Virus record (IMG/VR): IMGVR_UViG_3300021963_006915 | Coordinates: 1 to 64,000 of that record | Length of the DNA: 64,000 bases | Direction: 5' to 3' (one strand) | From: a virus | Lineage: Duplodnaviria > Caudoviricetes | Shown here: piece after piece, positions 19,445 to 28,879 of the stretch | How the letters are laid out: each line of letters starts with the position of its first letter | Position numbering within the stretch: the first letter of the stretch is position 1 | Translations under genes and position numbers: made by a program | The notes under the pieces: model-generated | The model's input: only the letters and a program-made list of their open reading frames with translations | Told to the model about the DNA's origin: nothing | Database searches by the model: none

Positions 19445-19810
19445 ATGAAAAAGACAGATCGTAAGAACAAGACAAATCTAGTAGTAACATGGCCAACTAA
19501 CGTGTTTTCTATTGAAGAACTAAACAACGCAAATCCTGAATTCGTAAATATTACTTTACGAGTTCGCCTCAAGAAGGCCATTGATAATGGTCAAGTTGGT
19601 GAGGTTGGTTATTTGCATAATGGTAAGGGTCGTCCCCGTGTAGTACTTGCTTGTACACCGATTACCGATCAACATATTATCGAAGCAAAGAATCGTGGTT
19701 GTATTATCAAGGATGGACTAAACATCAATGTAATCAAGATTGACAACAAGGTTATGGAAACCACACCAGTTGTTGTTGAGAATGTTTCAACAGAAAAGGT
19801 ATCTGTTTAA
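19445..19810 (+). CDS. Putative winged-helix DNA-binding protein
   Basis: 'FSIEEL...ITLRVRLKKAIDNG' helices with a 'GKGRPR' wing. Confidence 0.6.
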   Translation: MKKTDRKNKTNLVVTWPTNVFSIEELNNANPEFVNITLRVRLKKAIDNGQVGEVGYLHNGKGRPRVVLACTPITDQHIIEAKNRGCIIKDGLNINVIKIDNKVMETTPVVVENVSTEKVSV

Positions 19811-20053
19811 TCATTCACCTTTATGTGACCAAAGCGGACTCATTAACAGGGGTCCGCTTTTATCTTTTACATAATAAAGAATATTTGCTTTCTTGGAGTG
19901 TTTCTTTATATTCTTTATGATACCTTCAACCATATTCCAGCTACCATAATAAATTGGTTCATCCATATCACTATCATAAATGGCATACTTGATACTTGAT
20001 ATTTCGAATATGTAGAATGTATCTTCTTTGGAATTGATTTTTTTGTACTTCAT
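19811..20053 (-). CDS. Hypothetical protein
   Basis: 80-aa ORF preceded by TATTTATA on the minus strand. Confidence 0.55.
   Translation of the reverse strand: MKYKKINSKEDTFYIFEISSIKYAIYDSDMDEPIYYGSWNMVEGIIKNIKKHSKKANILYYVKDKSGPLLMSPLWSHKGE
19831..19868. terminator. Probable bidirectional terminator hairpin
   Basis: AAAGCGGACTC...GGGTCCGCTTT followed by a T-rich run, near the junction of convergent genes. Confidence 0.65.
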
Positions 20054-20071
20054 GATAGGATATATATAAAT

Positions 20072-21250
20072 ATGGACGCGCTACAAGAATTTTTCGGTGT
20101 GGAAGCATTTGATTATAATGCTAATAAACAAAAGTTGATTGAGAATTTGGACTTTCTAAAATCTATGAGTGTAGAAGAACAAACCTTCTATAAAAAATGG
20201 ATTGAGGTGCAAGATCTGAATAACTATTCATCAAGAGCTTCTCAAGCCAAAGCCAAGATTTGGACTCCAACTGATATTAACAATGAGTCGTTGACTATCA
20301 AAGAGATCCAAGAACTAAATCCAACCGTTGTACATGTAAACAATAAAATCCTAGAGAATGATTGGTTGATGCTTAGAACCTTTGTTCATACTATGGAGTT
20401 TGCGCAAACGCCGGGTAGATTTGTAAAGTTTCTTATTACAGATGGTAATTTAGACAACCCAAGATATTTGGGAGTCATTAGTATGTCCAGTGATGTTATT
20501 ACTATTACTGACCGAGATAAATATATTGGTTGGACTCCAGATGATAAGTTAAAGAACAAACGATTGGCTCATAGTGCTATTGGTAGTTGTATCATGAGTA
20601 CTCAACCTTTTGGATATAATTTCCTAGGTGGTAAGTTAATTGCTGCTTTAGTCACGGCAGAGACGGTCAGGAACGCATGGCAGGCTCTATATAACCAGCT
20701 TTTGGTTGGAATCACTACAACGAGCCTCTATGGCAGTTATAGTATGTACAATAGTTTAAAATGGTGGCACAAGTGTGGTACAAGCGCTGGCAAGATGTCT
20801 ATTAAACCAGATGATGCTATTTATAAAGTTTGGCATGATTGGATTAAAGATAATAAGGCTGATAGATATCAAAAGGCTATGACTCAACGAGAGGGTGTAA
20901 GTGGACCTGTAACTGGAGCAAAAGCTAGGGTTATTGGTATGATTTTCTCAGAATTGGGTATCAAACAAAGCACATATGTACATGGATTTGAACGGGGTAC
21001 TTATTATGCTTGTCCATATAAGAATACCAAAGACTTTCTATGTAGTAAAATTGATGAAAGCAAGTTAATATTCAACCCACTATATACAGAAAAGGCTATT
21101 TTGGAGTGGTGGAAAGCAAAGGCAATTGCTAGATATCAGACTTTGAAAGCTGAAAATAGATTGAAGGGTGATATTCTTTATTACAATCAAATGATTGGTA
21201 TGGATTATCAAACTGCTAAAAATACGTATTTTAGTGAGGTGGGAAGATAG
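20072..21250 (+). CDS. DruA / DUF4338-like protein
   Basis: 'PGR', 'RDKYIGW', 'QPFGYNFLGGKLIA', 'TTTSLYG..SMYN' match the DruA-type signature. Confidence 0.7.
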   Translation: MDALQEFFGVEAFDYNANKQKLIENLDFLKSMSVEEQTFYKKWIEVQDLNNYSSRASQAKAKIWTPTDINNESLTIKEIQELNPTVVHVNNKILENDWLMLRTFVHTMEFAQTPGRFVKFLITDGNLDNPRYLGVISMSSDVITITDRDKYIGWTPDDKLKNKRLAHSAIGSCIMSTQPFGYNFLGGKLIAALVTAETVRNAWQALYNQLLVGITTTSLYGSYSMYNSLKWWHKCGTSAGKMSIKPDDAIYKVWHDWIKDNKADRYQKAMTQREGVSGPVTGAKARVIGMIFSELGIKQSTYVHGFERGTYYACPYKNTKDFLCSKIDESKLIFNPLYTEKAILEWWKAKAIARYQTLKAENRLKGDILYYNQMIGMDYQTAKNTYFSEVGR

Positions 21251-21275
21251 TCATTTACTATTTATTATAGTAAAT

Positions 21276-21662
21276 ATGGCGAGTAACAACGATAATTCAA
21301 ATTATACATTTTCAGATAGGTTTCAAAGATTTATCCAGAAAATTGCTAATTTTGCGCAAAACGCCAGAAGTACTGCTCAGATTGATAATAGTCCCACCGA
21401 TATTTTCACAGGTGAACAAGGTGAGTTATTAACAAAGTATAAGAACAAAATCTTTTATCGTAAAAATGATAGCAGTGATTTTGTTAGTTTAAGTGATGAA
21501 TACGTTGACTTAACAAATCAATATGAATATATTCTATCACAAGGTGTAAACAAATATGCTACTTGGCAAAAGACCAGTAAGAACGATGAAAAAAACTGGA
21601 CCTTTACTGGTTATTTCAGTCCAGTGTGTGGTATAGATTGTTGTATTACCGGATCTGTTTAA
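21276..21662 (+). CDS. Hypothetical late protein
   Basis: TATTTATT at 21259 precedes ATG 21276. Confidence 0.55.
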   Translation: MASNNDNSNYTFSDRFQRFIQKIANFAQNARSTAQIDNSPTDIFTGEQGELLTKYKNKIFYRKNDSSDFVSLSDEYVDLTNQYEYILSQGVNKYATWQKTSKNDEKNWTFTGYFSPVCGIDCCITGSV

Positions 21663-21699
21663 GATTGACAATTTATAAAATCGTGTTATATTGAATACA

Positions 21700-22611
21700 A
21701 TGAAAAAATCATTGTGTTGTATCTCCCTCAAACTTCAAGAACAAGGTGTTAAAGCTAACACCATGACCAAAACTAGATTTCTTGCGTTAGAACGCAAAGA
21801 AGCGTTATCAATTGTATCTAAACGTACACTTAATAATGTAATTGTTACACGTAAAACTATTGAGTTCTGCGGTAAAAATAATTGGAACTATCGTATTAGT
21901 AGCGATTTGTTTCCACTAGCTACACTTCCAGAAGCTAATCTTTCACTCAATGTACTTCCTGACTACAATCTTATTCTACAAGAATTCAAGATTGCATCTG
22001 ATATTATCAAAAAGTACAATGTTCGGTGCAGTACACATCCCGATCAATTTGTGGTACCTGCTAGTGGCAATCCAAGTGTATCGGCTAAATCTATTGTTGA
22101 ACTAACCAACCATGCTACCATGATGGACTTGTTTGGTCTTCCACAATCATATGATGCTCCTATAAACATTCATATGAATTGTTACAAAGGTGACCTGCAA
22201 GAAATTGCAAATCGATTCATCAACGTCTACAATAATTTACCAATCAATGTAAAATCTCGTTTGGTTTTGGAAAACGAAGACAAGCCTAATAGCTGGAATG
22301 TACAACAGCTTTATGACTTTATTTACACCAAAACTGGTATTCCAATTACATACGACTCCCATCATTTTAGATTAAATAATCCGGAACAAATGTCTCCGAA
22401 TGAAGCAATTAAAATGTGTATGGAAACTTGGGGTAAATATAAACCATTATTTCACTATAGTAATGGCAAAACAGGGGCAACAGATAGATCGCATTCAGAT
22501 TATGTTTATACTTTACACAAAGAATTGTTTGAAAATGATGTTGATATAGACTTTGAATTTAAAGCTAAAGATTTTGCAATTGAAAAATTCCAGACTGAAT
22601 TTAAGGTGTAG
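21700..22611 (+). CDS. uvsE: UV damage endonuclease UvsE
   Basis: 'YRISSDLFP', 'HPDQF', 'INIH', 'LENED', 'TYDSHH', 'HSDY', 'EFKAKD'; promoter TTGACA(21665)-TATATT. Confidence 0.9.
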   Translation: MKKSLCCISLKLQEQGVKANTMTKTRFLALERKEALSIVSKRTLNNVIVTRKTIEFCGKNNWNYRISSDLFPLATLPEANLSLNVLPDYNLILQEFKIASDIIKKYNVRCSTHPDQFVVPASGNPSVSAKSIVELTNHATMMDLFGLPQSYDAPINIHMNCYKGDLQEIANRFINVYNNLPINVKSRLVLENEDKPNSWNVQQLYDFIYTKTGIPITYDSHHFRLNNPEQMSPNEAIKMCMETWGKYKPLFHYSNGKTGATDRSHSDYVYTLHKELFENDVDIDFEFKAKDFAIEKFQTEFKV

Positions 22612-23278
22612 TTCTCCAACCACTACAATTTTTCAATTTACCTTTTATCAATGATGAAATATCAGAATTAACGTTAAATTTTCTTCTGAATTCTGATATA
22701 TTATTTCCTGTATAAGTGCCGTGTAAATCATGATACAAAGTGAACTTTACACTATATTTTCCGGTATGTGATTCTCTTACGTCATTTACTCTATACCATC
22801 CTTTACATGAATTGCATTTTTTACTAATAAGCGCATGAACTGAACTTACGCTTGAACATCCTATAAAATCAGCCGCTTCAGCAAAACTATTAAATTTTTT
22901 GATTACATTAGTACTTTTGTTTTGCAATGAAAAAGTTTTGCCACATCCTTTTAATCCATCTCCTCCTTTTGTAAAATTAAATCCACTGTGATAAGAATTG
23001 TACTCGGTTATATATTTTTTCTCTAATTCACCCAATTCTATTTTTATATTTTCTCTATTATTTGAATCTACGTATATCTCTTTTAAAATTCCCCATTCTA
23101 AATCTAACTCTCCATATTTTAGATAATGTCTTTGTAACTTAATATTAAAGTGTGAATTTGTTCTAAGTTCTGAATAATGTCTTATCTTTCTACGATTCAA
23201 ATCCACGCTTTTTCCGATGTAATATTTATTTTTTATTTTAGATTTAATATAGTAAATTCCAATTCTTTTATTTTTCAT
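22601..23278 (-). mobile_element. Free-standing GIY-YIG homing endonuclease with NUMOD1-like domains
   Basis: 'GIYYIKSKIKNKYYIGKS', conserved R, 'E..YI', 'GFN', 'FNSFAEAA'. Confidence 0.85.
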
Positions 23279-23335
23279 ATAATAATAATTATCATAAACT
23301 GGACTAAATATTCAAAATATAATTAATCAAAGTTG

Positions 23336-23378
23336 TTGACGGAATGTAACTGATGGTGTAAGATAATTTCAAGTTGGT
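23336..23378 (+). promoter_or_regulatory. Sigma70-like promoter and start region shared with the SSB promoter
   Basis: TTGACG, 17 nt, TAAGAT, then TAATTTCAAGTTGGT identical to 4962-4976. Confidence 0.65.
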
Positions 23379-23432
23379 GATGAACTAACGAAACGAAAAA
23401 ATAAACAAATAAAAAAGAAAGAAAAACATAAT

Positions 23433-23687
23433 ATGTATACTCGTACAAACGCTCGTAATAAGACTAACTTCGTAGGCCACAACTCCACTGGTGTTGAACT
23501 ATATCTCTCAACCCCAATGCCAAAGGCTAAGAAGGCTGCTCGTCTAACCATTCGCTCTGGTAAGACCCGTGTTGATCTAGATGGTCGTCAGATTAAGGCT
23601 CTACGTGAAGTCTTGAATGCTGGTTACACCCCTACTTCTACCGCCTCTGCTAAGTCTGTTACTTCCGCTAAGACCGCTACCAAGTAA
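23433..23687 (+). CDS. Small basic protein, probably highly expressed; possible nucleic-acid binder
   Basis: 84 aa, Lys/Arg-rich, strong codon bias (AAG, CGT, GCT), Ala/Lys/Thr tail. Confidence 0.7.
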   Translation: MYTRTNARNKTNFVGHNSTGVELYLSTPMPKAKKAARLTIRSGKTRVDLDGRQIKALREVLNAGYTPTSTASAKSVTSAKTATK

Positions 23688-23947
23688 TGAACCAAACAAC
23701 ATCTAACGATGTTATTATGTGGTTGCTACTAATGGTGGCAACCACATTTTCTATTGCATCGATTGTTATCACATACAAACTTGTACAAAAGTTTGATGAC
23801 TTGCAAACCAATATGGTAGAGATATTGGAGATTCTTTCGGCTGAACGAATCAAGATGGTAAAAGATCTTGAGGAATTAAAACGTAGGGTTAGAATTCATA
23901 GTAATGAAATCAAAAAAGAAAACAACGGAAGAAACAATAAAGGTTAA
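23687..23947 (+). CDS. Membrane protein (one TM helix plus coiled coil)
   Basis: Hydrophobic 'VIMWLLLMVATTFSIASIVITY' followed by heptads. Confidence 0.6.
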   Translation: MNQTTSNDVIMWLLLMVATTFSIASIVITYKLVQKFDDLQTNMVEILEILSAERIKMVKDLEELKRRVRIHSNEIKKENNGRNNKG

Positions 23948-24380
23948 GGGTTTGTTTGATCATGTAAAACATATTCGACAAACACAAGATCCTGATTATT
24001 ATGACTCGTTAAGTGAATCTGACCGAAAGACATTTAGTAAGTACATGATTTTACGTGTACTTAGTATGGACAAAACAATTATTGAGGAAATCTCATATAT
24101 ATCAAAATACTTTGAGGTATTGCCTGAGAAACAATTCTATAAACTCTTAATTAACGCTTTACCAAAGAGTTATGGATTCAGTCCATATATCAAGAGTACC
24201 AAGAAGGCAGTTAATGAGACAATACTCAATTGTCTTTGTTTATATTTTAATGTGGGAACTAAGGATGCTACAGATTATTACAACATACTTATTTCACACG
24301 AAGAAGGTTTAACCAAATTGATTGAGTTGATCAAATCACATGGTTATACTGAAAAAGAAACAGAAAAGTTATTTGAATAA
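23904..24380 (+). CDS. Clamp loader small subunit (T4 gp62-like)
   Basis: 'LFDHVKHI', 'YMILRVLSM', 'QFYKLLINALPK..F..YIK' resemble gp62. Confidence 0.6.
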   Translation: MKSKKKTTEETIKVKGLFDHVKHIRQTQDPDYYDSLSESDRKTFSKYMILRVLSMDKTIIEEISYISKYFEVLPEKQFYKLLINALPKSYGFSPYIKSTKKAVNETILNCLCLYFNVGTKDATDYYNILISHEEGLTKLIELIKSHGYTEKETEKLFE

Positions 24381-24381
24381 T

Positions 24382-25080
24382 ATGAATGATTTGCTCAAAT
24401 ATTGTTCTGAAATCAGTGAATATCCAGTATGTAAGTGGGAACATTATTTTGATATTTATGAAAATTACTTTGCTAAGTATAGAAATAAACCTGTTTTGAT
24501 GTTGGAGATAGGAGTTCTAGCTGGGGGATCTACTAGAATGTGGAAGAGTTATTTTCATAAGGATAGTAGAATTGTTGGAATTGACATTAATAGTTCTTGT
24601 AAAGAACTTGAATGTGATGGAATAGATATTCATATAGGAGATCAAAATGACAAAAACTTCATTGAAAGTCTGATTGAAAAATATGGTAGTTTTGATATTG
24701 TTCTAGATGATGGTAGTCATATAAACCAACATCAAATTAATACATTTGAATGGTTATTTCCACACATTGTGGATGGTGGTATCTATTTAATTGAAGACAC
24801 ACACACCTCTTATTGGAAAGATTGTAATGGTGGATATAAACTGCCATCTAGTTGTGTTGAGTATTCAAAGCATCTGATTGATCAGTTGAACGCATATTTT
24901 TCTGAATCAAATCATCTAAAACCAACATATTATACAAACAATATTGAATCAATAAGTTTCCACGATAGCATAATAGCTTTTAAAAAACAAAAAAGAAAAT
25001 TTACTCCACATGACGTTGTTTTCTATAAAGGAAAATTGGCCTCAGAAGGATGTATACATAAGAAAAATATAATATCATGA
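24382..25080 (+). CDS. Class I SAM-dependent O-methyltransferase
   Basis: 'KWEHYF', 'LEIGVLAGGS', 'GDQ', 'DIVLDDGSH', 'GGIYLIED'. Confidence 0.85.
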   Translation: MNDLLKYCSEISEYPVCKWEHYFDIYENYFAKYRNKPVLMLEIGVLAGGSTRMWKSYFHKDSRIVGIDINSSCKELECDGIDIHIGDQNDKNFIESLIEKYGSFDIVLDDGSHINQHQINTFEWLFPHIVDGGIYLIEDTHTSYWKDCNGGYKLPSSCVEYSKHLIDQLNAYFSESNHLKPTYYTNNIESISFHDSIIAFKKQKRKFTPHDVVFYKGKLASEGCIHKKNIIS

Positions 25081-25724
25081 AATTAATTGGAATATCAGGA
25101 GTTGCTCGTAGTGGTAAAGATTTATTTACAACAGTAGCACAAGAAGTATTAAAACAACATGGTCTCAAAACAGAGAGGTTTGCTTTGGCTTATGAACTCA
25201 AAAGCGATCTCAAAGATTTGATTCATGCAAAAACTGGTATTGATGTATTTACAGAAAATACCGAAGAGAAAAACATTATCAGACCACTATTGGTTGCCTA
25301 CGGCGATGTAATGCGTAAAATTACTGAGGGTAAATATTGGACTCAAAAGGTTGAACAACGTCTTGGTAAATCAAACGCGGATGTGGTATTTATCACTGAT
25401 ATACGATACGATCACTATATTGAAGATGAATGTGCTTGGCTTCAAAACAAACAAGGTGGTGAGTTGATTCATGTAACCAAGTATGTAATGTCTCCTATGC
25501 CTCAAGGCAAGAGATTTAGCAAAAATAAACAAACCAAGGTTTATCAAACCGCACCAAATGAACATGAACTAATCAACGATCCAAAGGTTAGAAAGCGTGC
25601 TGATCTAAAGATTGAATGGGAAGATGTATCAAATCAAGGTGGGGATATTACAAAGAATGCAACTATTGTAAAAATCGTAACCGATGCTTTGATTGAAGTC
25701 AAAGTGTTAAACAATTTATCTTAA
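25077..25724 (+). CDS. Deoxynucleoside monophosphate kinase (T4 gp1-like)
   Basis: 'IGISGVARSGKD', 'RPLLVAYGDVMR', 'ITDIRY'. Confidence 0.8.
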   Translation: MKLIGISGVARSGKDLFTTVAQEVLKQHGLKTERFALAYELKSDLKDLIHAKTGIDVFTENTEEKNIIRPLLVAYGDVMRKITEGKYWTQKVEQRLGKSNADVVFITDIRYDHYIEDECAWLQNKQGGELIHVTKYVMSPMPQGKRFSKNKQTKVYQTAPNEHELINDPKVRKRADLKIEWEDVSNQGGDITKNATIVKIVTDALIEVKVLNNLS

Positions 25725-25997
25725 CTTTATACGTTTGATTTCATGATGAGAGTTATGATTGAAGACAATATACTCATCAGTAGTCATAGTTCTAAATAGA
25801 TTGATATAAGCATCTGATTGGGTCTTGACAAATGTAATGTATAACACGTTACATTCTTCTGATTTATTAGCCTTTTGTTGTTTCTTACAACTACAGATGT
25901 TATTTAACAAAGTAATACAATTAGATAATTGACCTTCTATTGGAAGATTCTTACCTTTGATAGAATTGAAAAATTGCTGATAGCTACTAATCGTCAT
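25716..25997 (-). CDS. Hypothetical protein, Cys-containing
   Basis: 93 aa; ATGA-coupled last gene of the minus-strand operon. Confidence 0.55.
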   Translation of the reverse strand: MTISSYQQFFNSIKGKNLPIEGQLSNCITLLNNICSCKKQQKANKSEECNVLYITFVKTQSDAYINLFRTMTTDEYIVFNHNSHHEIKRIKLR

Positions 25998-26371
25998 AAC
26001 AACTTCTTAATAATTAAATAAATAGTTAAACTAGATATATAATTAATAGGAAATATCAACAAACCATATATTTGACTATAACCAACACTATATACTAACA
26101 GATTAGATGTTATTAGTGTTGACCAAAAACACAAACAAATTGGACAAGATACTAATTTAGTAAAGTAACCCGGATATATACTATGCAGAAAATCTGGATA
26201 ATTAGACATTACATCAACTTCCATTTTGTATTTATGAAACTCGTTTATCTTCAACAAGTTTCGTGTATTGGTTAGATTTGCAATGGTTTGGACAATATCA
26301 CTTTCAAACCACACTACCATCATAAATGATATCCAGAAGATTAAGGGAATATTAAAATCTGCTAAGTTCAT
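25994..26371 (-). CDS. Membrane protein with CxxC (DUF1360-like)
   Basis: Hydrophobic segments and 'LVSCPICLCFW'. Confidence 0.55.
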   Translation of the reverse strand: MNLADFNIPLIFWISFMMVVWFESDIVQTIANLTNTRNLLKINEFHKYKMEVDVMSNYPDFLHSIYPGYFTKLVSCPICLCFWSTLITSNLLVYSVGYSQIYGLLIFPINYISSLTIYLIIKKLL

Positions 26372-27018
26372 AGTTTTCCTTTTTTAAATATTACAAATGG
26401 TCTCACAATAGTTTCTAAATTTTTTTTTATGTTTAATAATTCGGGTCTACAATATAATTGAGATTTCTTTGTAGAAGTATTTGTTTTGTTAGTTTTTATT
26501 TCCACAACATTAGAATTATAGATATTATTTATTCCGGAATCGGTTACTGCGGAATAAACTCCGCCCATATGTAGATCATCAACGATTAAAATACCATCAT
26601 TACTTAAAAAATTCATGGTGTTCTTAATGTCTAATAAAGCAATATCATAATCATGACAACCATCTATAAAAATTAAGTCAAATAATAAATTGTTCTTTTC
26701 CAAAAATTCTGGAACCTTGTATATAGAATCGCCTTTTATTAAATTTATATCAAAATGTTCTTTTAAAACAGACAATGCTTTTTCTTCTATTCCCCATCTA
26801 CATATATCAAATGTATACATTTTTGCGGATGGACTAGCGTTTAAAAAACAACAAGCTGAGTGTCCTCCATTAAAACCGATTTCTAATATACTTTTTGGAC
26901 AAGCAATTTTAAGCATATTGTACATATACTCTAGACAGCCATCGGTACACCTACCTTCTCTTATTTCAGGAAGATTATTCCAACCCAACCAACTATTTTT
27001 AAAATCTGACCCAATCAT
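26368..27018 (-). CDS. Class I SAM methyltransferase (Methyltransf_24-like)
   Basis: 'LEIGFNGGHS', 'GDS', 'DLIFIDGCH', 'LIVDD'. Confidence 0.85.
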   Translation of the reverse strand: MIGSDFKNSWLGWNNLPEIREGRCTDGCLEYMYNMLKIACPKSILEIGFNGGHSACCFLNASPSAKMYTFDICRWGIEEKALSVLKEHFDINLIKGDSIYKVPEFLEKNNLLFDLIFIDGCHDYDIALLDIKNTMNFLSNDGILIVDDLHMGGVYSAVTDSGINNIYNSNVVEIKTNKTNTSTKKSQLYCRPELLNIKKNLETIVRPFVIFKKGKL

Positions 27019-28232
27019 AACCCATTTTTAATTAATAGTTTCTTTTTATACCAATCATTGTTTGTATCGATCAGATTATTTTTATAATCAATCAATTTAT
27101 TAACTTTGATCTTGAAAATATCATATTCCATGATACCAATCTGACCACTATCTTCCAACATTAATTGGATCATATTGAAAAACTCGAAAGATTTATTGGT
27201 CAACTTTGTAGCGTCAAACTCAATTAATACATCGTTTGTACGTTGATCCTCTAGACTTTTTAGTTTCTTTGAAATATCAATACGTGTATTTTTTTGTTCT
27301 ACATTCACATAACGTTCATATGGTGCATCAGAATAGATGGTATCGCACCAAGGTTCTAATAGAAGCAGTTTGTATTCATCAATATTCATGACTACAAAAC
27401 CAACGTCATATCTATTTGGAACGATTGGTTTCATTGTATCATTGTGTTTTACAAAGTGACCCCATTTACGAATAAAGTTTCTGGCACTCTTGACGTTTTG
27501 ATTTTGCCACTCTTCACTATCTTTTCCGATTGAAGTAATGGTTGGATTGAATCTACTACCTCTACAAGTTAAGTGATAGACACAAGCTTCCCATAGTTGA
27601 ATAAACTTGTATCCATTTAGTAAAAATCGATTAAAGATATCACTATCTTCTTTGGAAGTTGGAGCAAATAATAAGTCGTGACCACCTATCTTGGTAAAGT
27701 CTTCTTTATAAATTGCCCACGGAGCAAAAACACCCTCGGTGATTTTTTCTTTACGTGATAGCTTGGTATCGATCATCCACTTATTAAACGCTTCTTGTTT
27801 GAAGGTTTCTGGTTCCATGCCAAAGTCTTGAACGATCTTTTCTGGTCCACCTGGATGTAGTGGAGGTTCTACTCTGGTTAAACACACAATGGTCTGTGGT
27901 TTCAAATGTTTTTCAATTAACAGATCTGCATTTTTAGAAATATACATATCTGCGTGATAAATCATTACAACATCGTTTGTGGCTACGTCTTGTACCAACG
28001 TATTATACAACTCAGTCATTCCCTTTCGTTCTGGACCATCATTACGAATAGCTTTGAAACATGGATCTGATTTAATCATTTCTTGACACCACTCCCATGT
28101 TCCATCGGAACTTGCATCATCTGCAACACACACTTCGTGTTCTTTATGACTTAGGTTTGAACGAAGTGCGTCGTAACACCACTTCAAATATTTGAGATTG
28201 TTTCTTGCGGGTATAACCAGACTAATTTTCAT
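27015..28232 (-). CDS. Glycosyltransferase family 2
   Basis: 'ISLVIPARN', 'DDASSDGT', 'HADM', 'EDSD'. Confidence 0.85.
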   Translation of the reverse strand: MKISLVIPARNNLKYLKWCYDALRSNLSHKEHEVCVADDASSDGTWEWCQEMIKSDPCFKAIRNDGPERKGMTELYNTLVQDVATNDVVMIYHADMYISKNADLLIEKHLKPQTIVCLTRVEPPLHPGGPEKIVQDFGMEPETFKQEAFNKWMIDTKLSRKEKITEGVFAPWAIYKEDFTKIGGHDLLFAPTSKEDSDIFNRFLLNGYKFIQLWEACVYHLTCRGSRFNPTITSIGKDSEEWQNQNVKSARNFIRKWGHFVKHNDTMKPIVPNRYDVGFVVMNIDEYKLLLLEPWCDTIYSDAPYERYVNVEQKNTRIDISKKLKSLEDQRTNDVLIEFDATKLTNKSFEFFNMIQLMLEDSGQIGIMEYDIFKIKVNKLIDYKNNLIDTNNDWYKKKLLIKNGL

Positions 28233-28265
28233 CGTTAATACATATTAAATATAAACGAGAGATTT

Positions 28266-28868
28266 CTATTTTCCAAATATCAAAAAGTATTTTTTGATTC
28301 CGTCACACAAATATCCAGAACTGATACAACTTAGTTCTTCTATACGTTTACCACCAGCTTTTTCTATAAATTCCCAGTAGTGTTCTTTGTTTGCTGCTAG
28401 TGGATCAGACCAAGTGGCTCCATAAGCAACTCCATGTCTATGAGTCCATTCAATTATACACACACCATTTGGACTTAAACACTTAATCCAAGTGGATAGA
28501 CACTCAACTGGTTTATATGTGTGATCCAGTGCGTTTGTATAAATTATGTCTACGGAGTTTATCCACTCGTCTTTTAAATCATGGAAGTCCCACTTGATCA
28601 CATTCTCACTAACATCACTGGTAGATAGGTCTGTGCCTATAAAATCTCCACCTGTATATTTGGAAAATAGTTTGTTTTCGTGTCCTGTTTTTGCACCATG
28701 ACATATTCCAAAATTTACTTTGTCAAAATGTTTTGATATAAAGTTTTCGTATAAAAATTTGATATCAATCTCATTTACCCATTTTCCGTCTATGTTAACT
28801 TTCCACTTCTCAATTTGTTTATTAACATATTCGTCGTGACTATTGTATGTGAATATTTTGTAATCCAT
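28266..28868 (-). CDS. SAM methyltransferase-like protein
   Basis: 'GICHGAKTG', 'GTDL', 'DIIYTNALDH', 'LSPNG'. Confidence 0.7.
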   Translation of the reverse strand: MDYKIFTYNSHDEYVNKQIEKWKVNIDGKWVNEIDIKFLYENFISKHFDKVNFGICHGAKTGHENKLFSKYTGGDFIGTDLSTSDVSENVIKWDFHDLKDEWINSVDIIYTNALDHTYKPVECLSTWIKCLSPNGVCIIEWTHRHGVAYGATWSDPLAANKEHYWEFIEKAGGKRIEELSCISSGYLCDGIKKYFLIFGK

Positions 28869-28879
28869 ACATATAATTA

